Of a DNA stretch of 36,782 bases, positions 1 through 9,614 are shown piece by piece. The stretch comes from a virus. The notes below the pieces were generated by a model. It searched no databases. It was not told the DNA's origin and saw only the letters and a list, made by a program, of their open reading frames with translations. The stretch lies in IMG/VR virus record IMGVR_UViG_3300006969_000007; one strand, written 5' to 3'. Each line of letters begins with the position of its first letter. Position 1 is the first letter of the stretch. A program made the translations under genes and the position numbers.

Positions 1-123
1 CCAACGGCACCGATGCTAATAGTCATGGCTCCGGTTGAAGCACCAATAAAGATAGCACCTGTCTGAGCAGCACCACCGATATTTATAGAACCAGCGACCA
101 TACTATCACCGATTGCAATAGAC
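1..123. repeat. Terminal overlap, copy 1 (identical to 36660..36782); signature of a circular or circularly permuted assembly
   Basis: Base-by-base comparison of the first 123 nt with the last 123 nt shows identity. Confidence 0.95.
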
Positions 124-770
124 CCACCTGCCTGTGTAGCACCAATACTGATTACGTTAGCACCAGTTCCACCAATGTTGATGACATTTGCTACAGCCGC
201 ACCAGTACCAATATTAATGGTCTTGAATGCACCGACTCCTGTTCCTATATTAATCGTTCCCAAACCAATGCCGATACCAATATCAATTGTATTGGCCGCA
301 CTAGAATTTCCTATAGCAATCGTTCCTGATTGGAGAGTACCACCAATATTGATACTACCGGTTGTTAATGAAGGTCCGATATTGAAAATAGAAGCGCCAA
401 CACCATCAAGACCAAATCCACCGGTACCTACAAATATATCAACACTGGTAGCACCATTAATATTACCAAATGAGTTCACCGTAGAAGCAGTAGTAGTCGC
501 AAGATTAGTCTGCCCAGTACTGGTAAGAGTCGTGAATACACCAGCACCACCTGCTGCTTCTATAAGAGACCAGGTTGCTACATTAGCAATAATTGATACC
601 AAAATATAGGCGACCGCAGGAGAGACCGCTTTATTAATCCAAATAGTACCTAATTGATAACCCGTGTCTGCTCCAGTTGGTGCTCTGAGAGCCTGTATAG
701 GAGCTGGAGCTACTGCTATCAGTGCATCCGATAACCCATATGCTACTTTTGCCCTAAATTGTGCTGCCAT
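1..770 (-). CDS. Gly-rich beta-helix-type tail fibre / receptor-binding protein, N-terminal part. The gene wraps the circle junction and stops at 36359; full length 356 aa.
   Basis: ATG at 770 is preceded by AGGAGATACT. I checked the frame for stops over 1-240 and 600-770 and found none. It is in frame with ORF 36359..36760 once the 123-bp overlap is collapsed (1071 nt total). The protein carries xIxIG repeats (TINIGTG, VINIGGTG, SIAIGDS). Confidence 0.8.
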   Translation of the reverse strand, partial: MAAQFRAKVAYGLSDALIAVAPAPIQALRAPTGADTGYQLGTIWINKAVSPAVAYILVSIIANVATWSLIEAAGGAGVFTTLTSTGQTNLATTTASTVNSFGNINGATSVDIFVGTGGFGLDGVGASIFNIGPSLTTGSINIGGTLQSGTIAIGNSSAANTIDIGIGIGLGTINIGTGVGAFKTINIGTGAAVANVINIGGTGANVISIGATQAGGSIAIGDSMVAGSINIGGAAQTGAIFIGASTGAMTISIGAV

Positions 771-828
771 AGTATCTCCTTTTAAAAAGTTTTAATGTTA
801 ATCCCATAGAATCATAGCTAAAATTTAT

Positions 829-857
829 TTGCAATCTTTTCTATATTAGTGTATAGT
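829..857 (+). promoter_or_regulatory. Sigma70-like promoter TTGCAA-17 nt-TATAGT driving the RHH cassette
   Basis: -35 at 829-834, 17-nt spacer, -10 at 852-857, about 34 nt upstream of the ATG at 891. Confidence 0.55.
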
Positions 858-890
858 TAGTTATATAGATATAAACATTAAAGGGAACCC

Positions 891-1064
891 ATGGAAGAAC
901 TGAATAGAAAAAAGCCGACAAGAAAGCAGGTTATATTCGATGTTTCAGAAGAGGATCATCGATTAATCAAGCGAATGGCGATGAATCAAAAAATGACGAT
1001 GCGGGAATGGATCATCAATGCAATGGCTGATGCTATCAAAAAGATGCAGGAGCCGATTATATGA
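891..1064 (+). CDS. Ribbon-helix-helix (CopG/Arc/MetJ-like) DNA-binding protein, 57 aa
   Basis: The ORF is below the track cutoff. The sequence MEELNRKKPTRKQVIFDVSEEDHRLIKRMAMNQKMTMREWIINAMADAIKKMQEPII shows a beta-strand followed by two helices, as in RHH proteins. It is the first gene of an ATGA-coupled operon. Confidence 0.7.
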   Translation: MEELNRKKPTRKQVIFDVSEEDHRLIKRMAMNQKMTMREWIINAMADAIKKMQEPII

Positions 1065-1189
1065 TACTGATTAAATTATTAATGATCATGGCGCTTTGTA
1101 CTGCATCACTAGTTACGTTGTATGTATTTATGTTAGTGAATAAAGAAATAGATAATGCGTGGGAAAAATTTCGAAAGGGAAAATCATGA
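1061..1189 (+). CDS. Small membrane peptide, 42 aa, N-terminal TM helix and basic tail
   Basis: MILIKLLMIMALCTASLVTLYVFMLVNKEIDNAWEKFRKGKS. Its ATG overlaps the RHH stop (ATGA). Confidence 0.55.
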   Translation: MILIKLLMIMALCTASLVTLYVFMLVNKEIDNAWEKFRKGKS

Positions 1190-1317
1190 ATGAGAATGAA
1201 TTGAAAGAATTGATGCAATACATAAAGAGCATTAATAATAACATCATGTTTATGACGGTAATTAGTATGTCTTATTATTGGTATTGGTTTGTAAATACCC
1301 TCATATTCCAGGCGTAA
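1186..1317 (+). CDS. Small membrane peptide, 43 aa, C-terminal aromatic TM helix
   Basis: MNENELKELMQYIKSINNNIMFMTVISMSYYWYWFVNTLIFQA. Its ATG overlaps the previous stop (ATGA). Its 3' end overlaps the convergent 316-aa gene by 17 nt. Confidence 0.5.
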   Translation: MNENELKELMQYIKSINNNIMFMTVISMSYYWYWFVNTLIFQA

Positions 1318-2251
1318 TTTTCTGGTCCTGTAATAAATTCGATACGAAGCCTGAATGTTCTGATGCGCAATTTTCATATGCTAAACGATCAGCTTCTGCG
1401 CGATTAGCTTGAGCTCTTTCTATCTCAACCATGCTCAATTCTTCTGGTCGAGCTTCTTGGCTTTTACCTTCTTTAAGCACTTCAATCTTATTGACCAAGC
1501 CACCGTATACCCGTTCTAATCGAGCAATACGCATGCTACCAGCCAATCGTGTCTCGACTTCTTCCCTATCGTGTTTATCTAAATCACGGCTTATGCATCC
1601 AACTTTTTGTTCAATACTGTCTTGTTTCTTCTTCTGTTGTTTTACATAGTTATTGCCATCAACAAGCAGCTGCTTCATTTGTTCTCTATATCTGCCTATT
1701 GAATCAGCAATTTCACGTTGCCTAACCGCGACGATATTCAAATTGTTATGTATTTCATTCATTTTAGATGTGGTTACGTGTGTATGATCAATAAGGTCAC
1801 ATAGTATAAGTTTATGACCGTTTTGTTCTTCGTGCAATCCTTCTAAATGTAATGATTCTAATCCATTAATACGCATATCAATTCTATCATGCCTATTTTG
1901 TAGTTCCTCATGATGAATATCAAGCGCTATCTTCTGTTGATCAATAATCGCCTGTAAAGAAACCAGTTGTTCGGCAAGCCTCTGTCCTTCTTGCCTTTGT
2001 TGCTTTAATAATTCTGATTGCTTTTCTTGTTCATGGAGCAATCGAGCTGGATCACAAAAACCGCTCAGGTCAAAATTTGAAGAGCCACGACTATGCCATG
2101 GAACTGGAAATTGTGGGCTCAGGCTTGGACTTCTTCGCCGGATTATGGGCGAATGCTTTCGGGTGTTACTCTTATTATTACGTACGGCACATACATTACT
2201 ATTCATGCTTAAAATGGTTACATAAAGACACAATAGTGAGAACATATTCAT
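1301..2251 (-). CDS. Signal-peptide-bearing coiled-coil protein; last gene of the internal-virion/ejection-like block
   Basis: 316-aa ORF with a hydrophobic N-terminus (MNMFSLLCLYVTILSMNSNVCA), followed by long heptad-like Q/E/L-rich sequence. Confidence 0.65.
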   Translation of the reverse strand: MNMFSLLCLYVTILSMNSNVCAVRNNKSNTRKHSPIIRRRSPSLSPQFPVPWHSRGSSNFDLSGFCDPARLLHEQEKQSELLKQQRQEGQRLAEQLVSLQAIIDQQKIALDIHHEELQNRHDRIDMRINGLESLHLEGLHEEQNGHKLILCDLIDHTHVTTSKMNEIHNNLNIVAVRQREIADSIGRYREQMKQLLVDGNNYVKQQKKKQDSIEQKVGCISRDLDKHDREEVETRLAGSMRIARLERVYGGLVNKIEVLKEGKSQEARPEELSMVEIERAQANRAEADRLAYENCASEHSGFVSNLLQDQKITPGI

Positions 2252-2255
2252 CGTA

Positions 2256-3698
2256 TCACCGTTTTGGCATTATGGTACGAGCACCGCCAAGATTTATTGG
2301 TTGCATTGGTTCTTTTTTAGATACAGGAGGCTTCGATTCTCCAACAAATTTCTCTGCAAGTTTGTCTAATTCTGCTTGAGCTCTTTCCTCAACCAAAATA
2401 GCTAATTCTGCTGGTCGCTTACCACGATTCTCTTTAATAATTTCTTTCATAGCTTTGGCACGCGCATGTTCAGCTTCATTCGCTATCTTCATACTTCTGA
2501 TTATTTTCTTTTTTCCTGCGTCAGTATTTGAAAGCGTTGGTATCTGTTGCATAAATGCTCGAAGATCTTGGTCAGTAATGCGAGCACCAAAAATAGATTT
2601 TGCTCCAGAAATAAATTGGCTACTTAATTTTTCAAATTCTTCAGTGTCTGGTGATGTTAAACGCTGAATAGAGCGTAATACACCTACAACAGGGCTCACT
2701 AAACCTCCTATAGCACCGCCTACTGCGGTACCAACAGCTGCTCCTGGAGCAGCGGCAAGGCCGGCCGTGACGCCTCCTCCTAACAATCCTCCTATTACAC
2801 CACCAATTGCTCCTCCAGCGCCAACACCGGTCACCGGAGAAACATGTTCTTCTATATTTTTAAGACCGCTGTAATAGGCAGAAAAAGGCAAACTCCCCTC
2901 ATTAACTAATTTTAGCATTCTATCAAGGCGATTATCTGATTCTCGAGCTGCTTTATCAACTGACAAAACTTGGTCATAATATTTTTGCGTTTCTTTATGA
3001 GCAGCAGCTTCTTCTTTATGTAATTGTTTTTTTTGTTCGTGGGTTAAGATCTTTTTTTCTTTCTCAGCTTTTTTTTGTTCAACGGGAGTTAATTTTCTTT
3101 GTGGTGCTATTGCTTGCTGAACTGCTTGTTGTTCCTGTATTTGCTGCTGTACTGGTGAAGCAGCCATTTGAGGTGCCGCAGCTTCTTCAGGAATGTTCTC
3201 AACAGGTTGTTGAGCAGCCTGCAGTTGCTCTTGCATTGGCAGTTGAGGAGCATTTGGTAATTGGAACTGAGCATATGGAGCGCGATTAGTAACAGGAGCC
3301 TGTTCTTGTTCTTGTGCACCCATGAGTTGTGTAAGACCTTGGCCTTCTTGATTCTCTAATAATGGCAGTGCTTGTTCAGCTTGTTCCGGTGACATGTTAA
3401 ATAATGACTGCAAGTGACTTTTTTTCTGTTCACGCAGACGATCTTTGACCACATAATCAAGGATCTCTGGTTGCAATCCTGCAAGATGATGTGCTTCTTG
3501 TGCAGGGATATTCAATAAATGCTGCAAGCCAGAAGCAGTTTGTTGTTGCTTCCTACGTTGCGATAGTTCCTGTGCTCTGCCATGTATTAAACCACCTAAT
3601 ACACTCGAAACTGCATTGAAGTAGGGCGTTTCCTGTTCATATTTTTGTTGAGCGCTATAATCACGATTTCTATACGGATCATTAATAACCTGTGCCAT
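2256..3698 (-). CDS. Internal virion / ejection-like protein: Q-rich, with a Gly-rich hydrophobic segment
   Basis: 480-aa ORF with a TAATG overlap with the upstream gene. It has a GxxxG-rich stretch (GVGAGGAIGGVIGGLLGGGVTAGLAAAPGAAVGTAVGGAIGG) and lies within the tail operon. Confidence 0.6.
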   Translation of the reverse strand: MAQVINDPYRNRDYSAQQKYEQETPYFNAVSSVLGGLIHGRAQELSQRRKQQQTASGLQHLLNIPAQEAHHLAGLQPEILDYVVKDRLREQKKSHLQSLFNMSPEQAEQALPLLENQEGQGLTQLMGAQEQEQAPVTNRAPYAQFQLPNAPQLPMQEQLQAAQQPVENIPEEAAAPQMAASPVQQQIQEQQAVQQAIAPQRKLTPVEQKKAEKEKKILTHEQKKQLHKEEAAAHKETQKYYDQVLSVDKAARESDNRLDRMLKLVNEGSLPFSAYYSGLKNIEEHVSPVTGVGAGGAIGGVIGGLLGGGVTAGLAAAPGAAVGTAVGGAIGGLVSPVVGVLRSIQRLTSPDTEEFEKLSSQFISGAKSIFGARITDQDLRAFMQQIPTLSNTDAGKKKIIRSMKIANEAEHARAKAMKEIIKENRGKRPAELAILVEERAQAELDKLAEKFVGESKPPVSKKEPMQPINLGGARTIMPKR

Positions 3699-4690
3699 TA
3701 TACCCCCTTCTGAAGTCTTTTAAGTGCGATTAAATTAGCGAACGTATTGATCGATGGTTTTCTACCAGTCCCTTTTGTACGCGCATCCACAAGTGAGCCG
3801 GTTCTGTTTTTATTCAGTATTTGATTTACCACCGCTTCTTGTTGTTTTTTTGCTTTTCGATTGGCAAGGATTTGGCTAATACCAAAATCACCACCGCCTT
3901 GTAAATAACCTCCAAGCAATCCAGCACCTGTTTCAAGAGTCCGTTCACCAGTAGAAGGCATTTGCGGTAATGGTGGTTGTGCAGGGAAATAATGCTGTTC
4001 AGTTTGTGGTGTTAATCCCATTCTTAATAGATCAAGTGCTCGGCCTTGGTTCTCTAGTCCATACTGTGCTCGTAAGGCAGCAATGCCTTGGTCAAATTCT
4101 GATTGAGCACCAGCAAGAGATCCCGTAAGATCACTTGAATAACGAGTATCCGATCCACCAAGTGCAGAAAATCGTTCAGCAATACTGGGCAATGATTCAC
4201 TTTGAAACTTAGATCGTGCTTGTTGCTCAATGGGTTCAAATCCTCCGTACGGATTTTCCAGTTGAGATTTGCCCTGGCTGAGGAGATAATTCAAAACATT
4301 TTGTTGTTCTGGACTATAAAGATTCGGTGAGGTTTGGTAGCCACCTTCTGTGCCAAGCGTAGTAGCTCCTGGAGCACCCGCAGTTGCTGGTTGTCCAGCA
4401 GTACTTTGATCAGTAGGAGAAGGAACTTGAACGGTACTTGGATCTACATAGCCAGCAGGATATCTACCAAATTTTCTGTAATATTTGTCCGCTTTTTTTT
4501 GCGCTTTCAATGCAGCTTTTGCTTTTTTCTTTTCAGGATCTCTTCGGATACCGGATAAAAGTCCTGCCAATCCACCAATACCTGCACCGATTGCAGTTCC
4601 TATACCAGGAAAAATTGCTGATCCTACTGCTGCGCCCGTTGCAGCTCCTCCCAAACCACCACCAACCCCTTGGCTTGTATCATATGGCAT
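3698..4690 (-). CDS. Internal virion / ejection-like protein with a Gly-rich N-terminal hydrophobic segment
   Basis: ATG at 4690 lies 7 nt after GAGGAG; the track start at 4705 is a TTG. The N-terminus reads GVGGGLGGAATGAAVGSAIFPGIGTAIGAGIGGLAGLL. Confidence 0.6.
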   Translation of the reverse strand: MPYDTSQGVGGGLGGAATGAAVGSAIFPGIGTAIGAGIGGLAGLLSGIRRDPEKKKAKAALKAQKKADKYYRKFGRYPAGYVDPSTVQVPSPTDQSTAGQPATAGAPGATTLGTEGGYQTSPNLYSPEQQNVLNYLLSQGKSQLENPYGGFEPIEQQARSKFQSESLPSIAERFSALGGSDTRYSSDLTGSLAGAQSEFDQGIAALRAQYGLENQGRALDLLRMGLTPQTEQHYFPAQPPLPQMPSTGERTLETGAGLLGGYLQGGGDFGISQILANRKAKKQQEAVVNQILNKNRTGSLVDARTKGTGRKPSINTFANLIALKRLQKGV

Positions 4691-4701
4691 TACTATTCTC
4701 C

Positions 4702-5241
4702 TCAACTTTGCACATATTCAAGAATGATATACGTAATAGTAAAATTAGTTCTATTTGATCCCGTTATAATAGTGACATTTGTTCCATCAACTTTCAACTC
4801 TATTTCATTCGCATCAGTAGGAGAAGCATATGGCAACGGAATATAATTCCCTGCTGTATCAGTTGAGCATCCATAAATTCGTGTAAATGAAGTCATGGCT
4901 GTACACGTTATGCCGTGGGCCACTGCTTTTGTTCCCGTATTAGGCAATGAACCGAAATCAATTACTTTACGCCATATTTGTCTATCTTCAGCCGTTTGTG
5001 CCGTGGAAGATGTTAGTGCAGGATTACTGAAAAGAAGCTGTCCATTAACAAATTCTGTCAGCGGATATTGCCCCGTATCTTTTATGTTCAACAGATTCGC
5101 AATGTTATTTACCTGCTGATACAGCCGAACAAGAAGTTCTTTAAATGCAGGACTAGTAACATCAACATCGAGTAACTGAGAAATATCCCATACTTGGGTT
5201 GTTTGGATAAAGGCACCATACTGAATAGAATCTTGTGGCAT
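4702..5241 (-). CDS. Virion (tail) structural protein, function unassigned
   Basis: 179-aa ORF, translationally coupled (TAATG) with the upstream small gene. Confidence 0.6.
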   Translation of the reverse strand: MPQDSIQYGAFIQTTQVWDISQLLDVDVTSPAFKELLVRLYQQVNNIANLLNIKDTGQYPLTEFVNGQLLFSNPALTSSTAQTAEDRQIWRKVIDFGSLPNTGTKAVAHGITCTAMTSFTRIYGCSTDTAGNYIPLPYASPTDANEIELKVDGTNVTIITGSNRTNFTITYIILEYVQS

Positions 5242-5513
5242 TACTTCTTTCCTACGATACTATTTAACTTCAATTTAACTAATATGATACTTTTTTTGTC
5301 TTCCGAATAAGAAAAAGCAAAAGGGCATTCAGGAGTACCATCTTTATACTTCCCTAAGAAAGGAGTAAGATCATGATTTTTTCTTATATTATTGTTATAT
5401 TCTTGTTCTTCTTTGATATGTGCTTCTCGCAAGCGAATAAATTTCTGGGATGCATTACTATCCATAAAACAGCACAATAAAAGGAGATAACCATAATATA
5501 TACTATTCTTCAT
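5241..5513 (-). CDS. Small protein with a hydrophobic N-terminus (signal/anchor), embedded in the tail operon
   Basis: 90-aa ORF with an ATGA overlap upstream and a TAATG overlap downstream. N-terminus is MKNSIYYGYLLLLCCFMDSNA. Confidence 0.55.
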   Translation of the reverse strand: MKNSIYYGYLLLLCCFMDSNASQKFIRLREAHIKEEQEYNNNIRKNHDLTPFLGKYKDGTPECPFAFSYSEDKKSIILVKLKLNSIVGKK

Positions 5514-7840
5514 TCTAACCTCACTGACGTTGGTTGGGTATGTAATACCATTCCTTGTATTTCAAATTCCTGTAATGAAACAGTAGGATCAATCATTTGT
5601 TCTAAACTAAATGATATACCCAGTTGAATATACTCTCCACTTGATTGAAAGTAGATAGGGTGCCATAACAATTCCTGGAATTGCTCAAGAGGATACATCG
5701 TTGGATCATACGGGAATGTTTCTAAAATATTGTTTCCCATGATAGCGCCTGTTTGAACACCGCCATCGATCATAGATACTTCAGACGATGATGGATAATA
5801 ATCAACGGTGATTTCACCAGATGTTGTCTTAACAACACCGAAATCAATACGAGCAAGATATACATTCTGCCCATCATTAACATACGGGTTCCATTGCTTA
5901 CTCTTGATCTGAATATTAGAAACACGCGCTGCCGTTCCCAACCCATTGTACGTACCCGATAATAATCCAGGCACTAGGATTCTAATATTATTGGCATCAA
6001 CAACGGTATATACCTGAAAAATATTACCATTGAGTGCTAGTTCTGTTGTAGCATCCCCGTCAACATCTTCGATGAGAATGAAATCCATATCATAATCAAA
6101 CTCAATAGGTTGATCGGTAAGATTATGACTTATGATGGTCAGAGTCAGTGACTGATCACCATTAAAGGTAATATTAGTAATTTGCATCGATGCTGCATTA
6201 CGTGATATTTCAGTATCAAGAACCAATACGAATCCCTCAGGAGTACCGAATAAAATATCACGGTGCTGTCCTTGAATTGAGTTACTATTCCAGGCAAATG
6301 TTGCTTCTGCCCATTCTAGTGGATCTGAAGATGCCCATGTCATGTCAGTTGATTGTTCTAAATACCCAAATGTCGTTGCACAATCATCATTGATCGCCCA
6401 CGTGCCATTCTTATAGTTATACACTAATATTTGATTAGGGAATGTTTGCGTCGCTTGTTCAAGATCATCAACATAGGCCCAATATACTAATTCAGTATAG
6501 TAATCTCGGATACCTGCCGTGCGCTGTGTCGCATTGTTATCAAGCTCCATCTCAAATACGGTTGTTGGTATGTTATCATCGATACGAACAACATTTGATC
6601 CGTTACATGCATGAACGCCTGTTTGACCAATCGTCAAAACATCTTTATCAAATGAGATAGAGCTGAAAGTCGATTGCGATCCTAATTCATTATTAATTTT
6701 TTGCCATATAAAGGGACCGACTTGGTTACCGGTATATACTAATTCCCAGGTACTTCGTTCAAAATAAACAATAAGCCGATCTTTGATGAATTCCGCTGAT
6801 ATAATTTGTTCTTCCGTTGATGCATCAACAACACCACCACCAGCACCAACATTAGGAACGTTATCTGCTTGTGCTCTTTCATACCATGCATTGACGGCGA
6901 ACGGCGAACCATAAAAACAATACCGTGCACGATTGGTATACGCAGTATTAACACCCGCACCACCACTATTATCATTTTCTATAGTGCTTAACAGTACTAA
7001 TCGATTCTTAAAAGGAACAATCATTCGTGCTGTCTTAACATAAGGACCAGTATGAATCGCGCCACCAGCTGGTCTGAAATAAAATGCATTCGCACCCGAT
7101 GCAGCAGTCCACGTTGTTCCATCAAAAAACCAAATAGGATCATCATTCGCACCTGGTGTTGGCACCGTCGCATTGTAATTAGTAACAAATAAATATTTTG
7201 TACCTACTAATCCCTGCCAGTTAGTAACCCAAAAATAGTTCAGATTAGTACCATGCCATATCGCGGTACCAGATCGCCCCCATGAAACACCTGAAAATAC
7301 GTAGGCATACCGCATATCAAATGCATAGGTCGGATGATTATTAACCGCGTTAATTTCATACTGACTAATACCCATAACCGGAAGGCTTGGATAGAAAAAA
7401 ATAGTAGTCGTTGCTGGTCCACCGGTAATCGTAAAATCACCATTGCTAATATTAAAAGTACCGGATCCCATCGTTGCTAGCATCGCTTGCACACCAGCAA
7501 CTGCTGAAATAACCGTGTACATTTCATCATCAATAGAAAATGCTTGTCCAACCGCTAATGGTAGTGACGCGTCACCTAAAATAGTACGCACATTACCCGC
7601 AGCAGCTCCTGCACCACTCGTAATACCAACTCCTGCGCCACCAGCAGCAAGTGAAGCACGAAGTCGTGTTTCAAATTGGGTGAATCCCATCATTATGGAT
7701 CCGTATCGTTTTTTTAATCTGCTCCTAAATACATATGCATTCTGGAGATAATCAAATGCTTCATCAGGTATTAACCATGGTGGTGCATTTTTTGTAAGTC
7801 CCGAATTAATAGGTGCGATTAAAAAACGATCGAATGCCAT
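5510..7840 (-). CDS. Large virion structural protein (tail hub/nozzle candidate)
   Basis: 776-aa ORF, the largest protein in the structural operon. The function assignment rests on position only. Confidence 0.6.
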   Translation of the reverse strand: MAFDRFLIAPINSGLTKNAPPWLIPDEAFDYLQNAYVFRSRLKKRYGSIMMGFTQFETRLRASLAAGGAGVGITSGAGAAAGNVRTILGDASLPLAVGQAFSIDDEMYTVISAVAGVQAMLATMGSGTFNISNGDFTITGGPATTTIFFYPSLPVMGISQYEINAVNNHPTYAFDMRYAYVFSGVSWGRSGTAIWHGTNLNYFWVTNWQGLVGTKYLFVTNYNATVPTPGANDDPIWFFDGTTWTAASGANAFYFRPAGGAIHTGPYVKTARMIVPFKNRLVLLSTIENDNSGGAGVNTAYTNRARYCFYGSPFAVNAWYERAQADNVPNVGAGGGVVDASTEEQIISAEFIKDRLIVYFERSTWELVYTGNQVGPFIWQKINNELGSQSTFSSISFDKDVLTIGQTGVHACNGSNVVRIDDNIPTTVFEMELDNNATQRTAGIRDYYTELVYWAYVDDLEQATQTFPNQILVYNYKNGTWAINDDCATTFGYLEQSTDMTWASSDPLEWAEATFAWNSNSIQGQHRDILFGTPEGFVLVLDTEISRNAASMQITNITFNGDQSLTLTIISHNLTDQPIEFDYDMDFILIEDVDGDATTELALNGNIFQVYTVVDANNIRILVPGLLSGTYNGLGTAARVSNIQIKSKQWNPYVNDGQNVYLARIDFGVVKTTSGEITVDYYPSSSEVSMIDGGVQTGAIMGNNILETFPYDPTMYPLEQFQELLWHPIYFQSSGEYIQLGISFSLEQMIDPTVSLQEFEIQGMVLHTQPTSVRLE

Positions 7841-7841
7841 A

Positions 7842-8453
7842 TTAATATCCTATCGCTAAATAATAAAAACTCACTGCCGCCGATCCTGTCGTACTTCGTG
7901 GTGATCCCCATGCAGTAAAGTTTGCATTGGTAATCGCGACCAATCGTACTGCTAAATCAGTATCTAAAGCACCTGCTTGCAGTACCGTTAATTGAACACT
8001 TAAACAGACGGTAAATGCAGGCCCCGCAAATGCTATCACCGCAGATCCATTTGCTGTTCCTGGACCCCATTTTAATATAAGACCAGAAGGCAAATAGGTG
8101 TAGCCATCCGTTCCCAATAATGGTGTTGCCGTACCAAGGGTCGAAGCGGTTGATGGTATTTGTGCAACACCAGAAGCAAGGGTTTTATTAATGTATAATT
8201 CATCTCGCGTTGATGTCACATTATTAAATGCGTACAGGGCCACATCACCAGCAGGGAACGAAGAACCTGCCGGCGGTGTAGCACCTTGATTGGGGAAATA
8301 CAGCCAATTAAATCCAGAAGTACTATTAATAGAAGCGCTTGCAGCACTTGCGTTGCCTGCAATAGCGCCAAGGATAGTAAAATTGTTTAATATATTACCT
8401 TGTGAAATGGATAATTTATCAGTTGATTGCGGAATAAGTGGCAAAAAAGCCAT
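7842..8453 (-). CDS. Tail fibre-like / receptor-binding-like structural protein
   Basis: 203-aa ORF. The N-terminal STDKLSISQGNILNNF motif and the C-terminal LPSGLILKWG pattern recall short phage fibre proteins (from memory). Confidence 0.5.
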   Translation of the reverse strand: MAFLPLIPQSTDKLSISQGNILNNFTILGAIAGNASAASASINSTSGFNWLYFPNQGATPPAGSSFPAGDVALYAFNNVTSTRDELYINKTLASGVAQIPSTASTLGTATPLLGTDGYTYLPSGLILKWGPGTANGSAVIAFAGPAFTVCLSVQLTVLQAGALDTDLAVRLVAITNANFTAWGSPRSTTGSAAVSFYYLAIGY

Positions 8454-8462
8454 GATATCTCC

Positions 8463-9602
8463 TTAAAGACTACTACCGCCACTGCCCCATCCACTAAATC
8501 CGCCTGTTGTTGGAGACGTTTGTTCAGTGTAAATAGTAGCAACGCGTTCATTGGTATATTGTACAATTGTTCTACGGCCTATCAATCGTTCTTGTTCTTT
8601 CAATGCAGGAAGCAGCAGTTGAACGCTATCCATGTCCATACGATCTTCAAGAATCTTTTTTGCTGCTGAAAATGCTATATATTGCCAGTACTCTTCAAGC
8701 TCAGGGCTTTGAGACGTTGCCAAAAGAGCTGTTGGTCGTTTATATACCTCTATGTCGATTCTATATGGCTGATCAGGAACCGGACGTATTACAAATGTAT
8801 TGCCATAATAAAGCATTGCCTGTGGCATACCAAGTCTTTGATTATTAGTCTGGCTGTTAATAGGAATCCCTGATCCTGGTGCAGTACCAAACGTAATCGT
8901 GTACACGCCGGTAGCGTAATTGATTGTATTAGTCACATCGACAACCGTTGGCGGAGCCAGCAGCGCTGCTTGATACGCAGCAGATGCAGGATCATATAAA
9001 TTACCATCAACCGTAGGATTACCGGTAGTTGCATTGATGACTGGCACATCAACCAATGCTAAGCCGTTCAAATTTGAATCAGCAGAATCAAAAAGTACTT
9101 GCCCTTGTACCAAGCCAACATTCTGAATAACATTCCCTGGCGTCGATTGTAGAGCATTTACGACGCCAGTAAATGAGGTAGTCACACCATCACCTGCATT
9201 GGCTGTCAATGCGATGGAGTTCACATTTGGATAATATCCGTAAAATTGTTCCCGCGATTGGGTGTACAGGGTTTGATAACCAGCAACATAAATTGGCGGA
9301 TGAACTGAGATATATTTGTTCTGAAAGTTATAGAGTGGATTATAAACAATCGTTGGATTCGCTACTGGATCACCGAATGATATCTCATCAGTACGGTAGG
9401 TATCTTGGTAGGGATTCGTGTAAAATGCAAAAGTTGTTCTGAGATTAAATGTCCTTAGATGCTCAGGAAAATCATACACAACAAAGGTGTTAATGTAATT
9501 TTGAAGATCAAGATCAGTAAGCTGAGCAGTAGAAGGAGAACGCGTGAGACGCCTTACCTTCGTTTGTATTGCCTGTAATGTCGTTGTTGGTGGTATTGGC
9601 AT
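8463..9602 (-). CDS. Virion structural protein (adaptor/tail candidate)
   Basis: ATG at 9602 lies 8 nt after AAGGAG; the track start at 9608 is a TTG. 379 aa. Confidence 0.6.
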   Translation of the reverse strand: MPIPPTTTLQAIQTKVRRLTRSPSTAQLTDLDLQNYINTFVVYDFPEHLRTFNLRTTFAFYTNPYQDTYRTDEISFGDPVANPTIVYNPLYNFQNKYISVHPPIYVAGYQTLYTQSREQFYGYYPNVNSIALTANAGDGVTTSFTGVVNALQSTPGNVIQNVGLVQGQVLFDSADSNLNGLALVDVPVINATTGNPTVDGNLYDPASAAYQAALLAPPTVVDVTNTINYATGVYTITFGTAPGSGIPINSQTNNQRLGMPQAMLYYGNTFVIRPVPDQPYRIDIEVYKRPTALLATSQSPELEEYWQYIAFSAAKKILEDRMDMDSVQLLLPALKEQERLIGRRTIVQYTNERVATIYTEQTSPTTGGFSGWGSGGSSL

Positions 9603-9614
9603 AACCAATTCTCC

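Noticed and set aside
175-609. Long plus-strand ORFs antisense to the fibre genes (175..609, 29394..29825, 30672..30959, 31691..32182, 33163..33810, 34873..35127, 36372..36725)
   Set aside because: They are Pro/Val/Ala-rich shadow frames produced by the GGN/ACN/GCN-rich fibre codons on the minus strand. They have no SD sequences, and the minus-strand frames carry clear repeat motifs and translational coupling.
771-890. The palindromic TTGCAA (829-834) also serving as the -35 for a leftward fibre-gene promoter
   Set aside because: On the minus strand the best -10 (TATGAT) is only 12 nt away, and at 17 nt the hexamer is TTCTAT. The spacing and sequence are too poor.
1057-1377. 106-aa minus-strand ORF overlapping the RHH cassette
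   Set aside because: It overlaps the stop region of the 316-aa gene and all three ATGA-coupled plus-strand ORFs. The plus-strand reading has a promoter, an RHH fold pattern and TM peptides, whereas the minus ORF is low-complexity with no SD.
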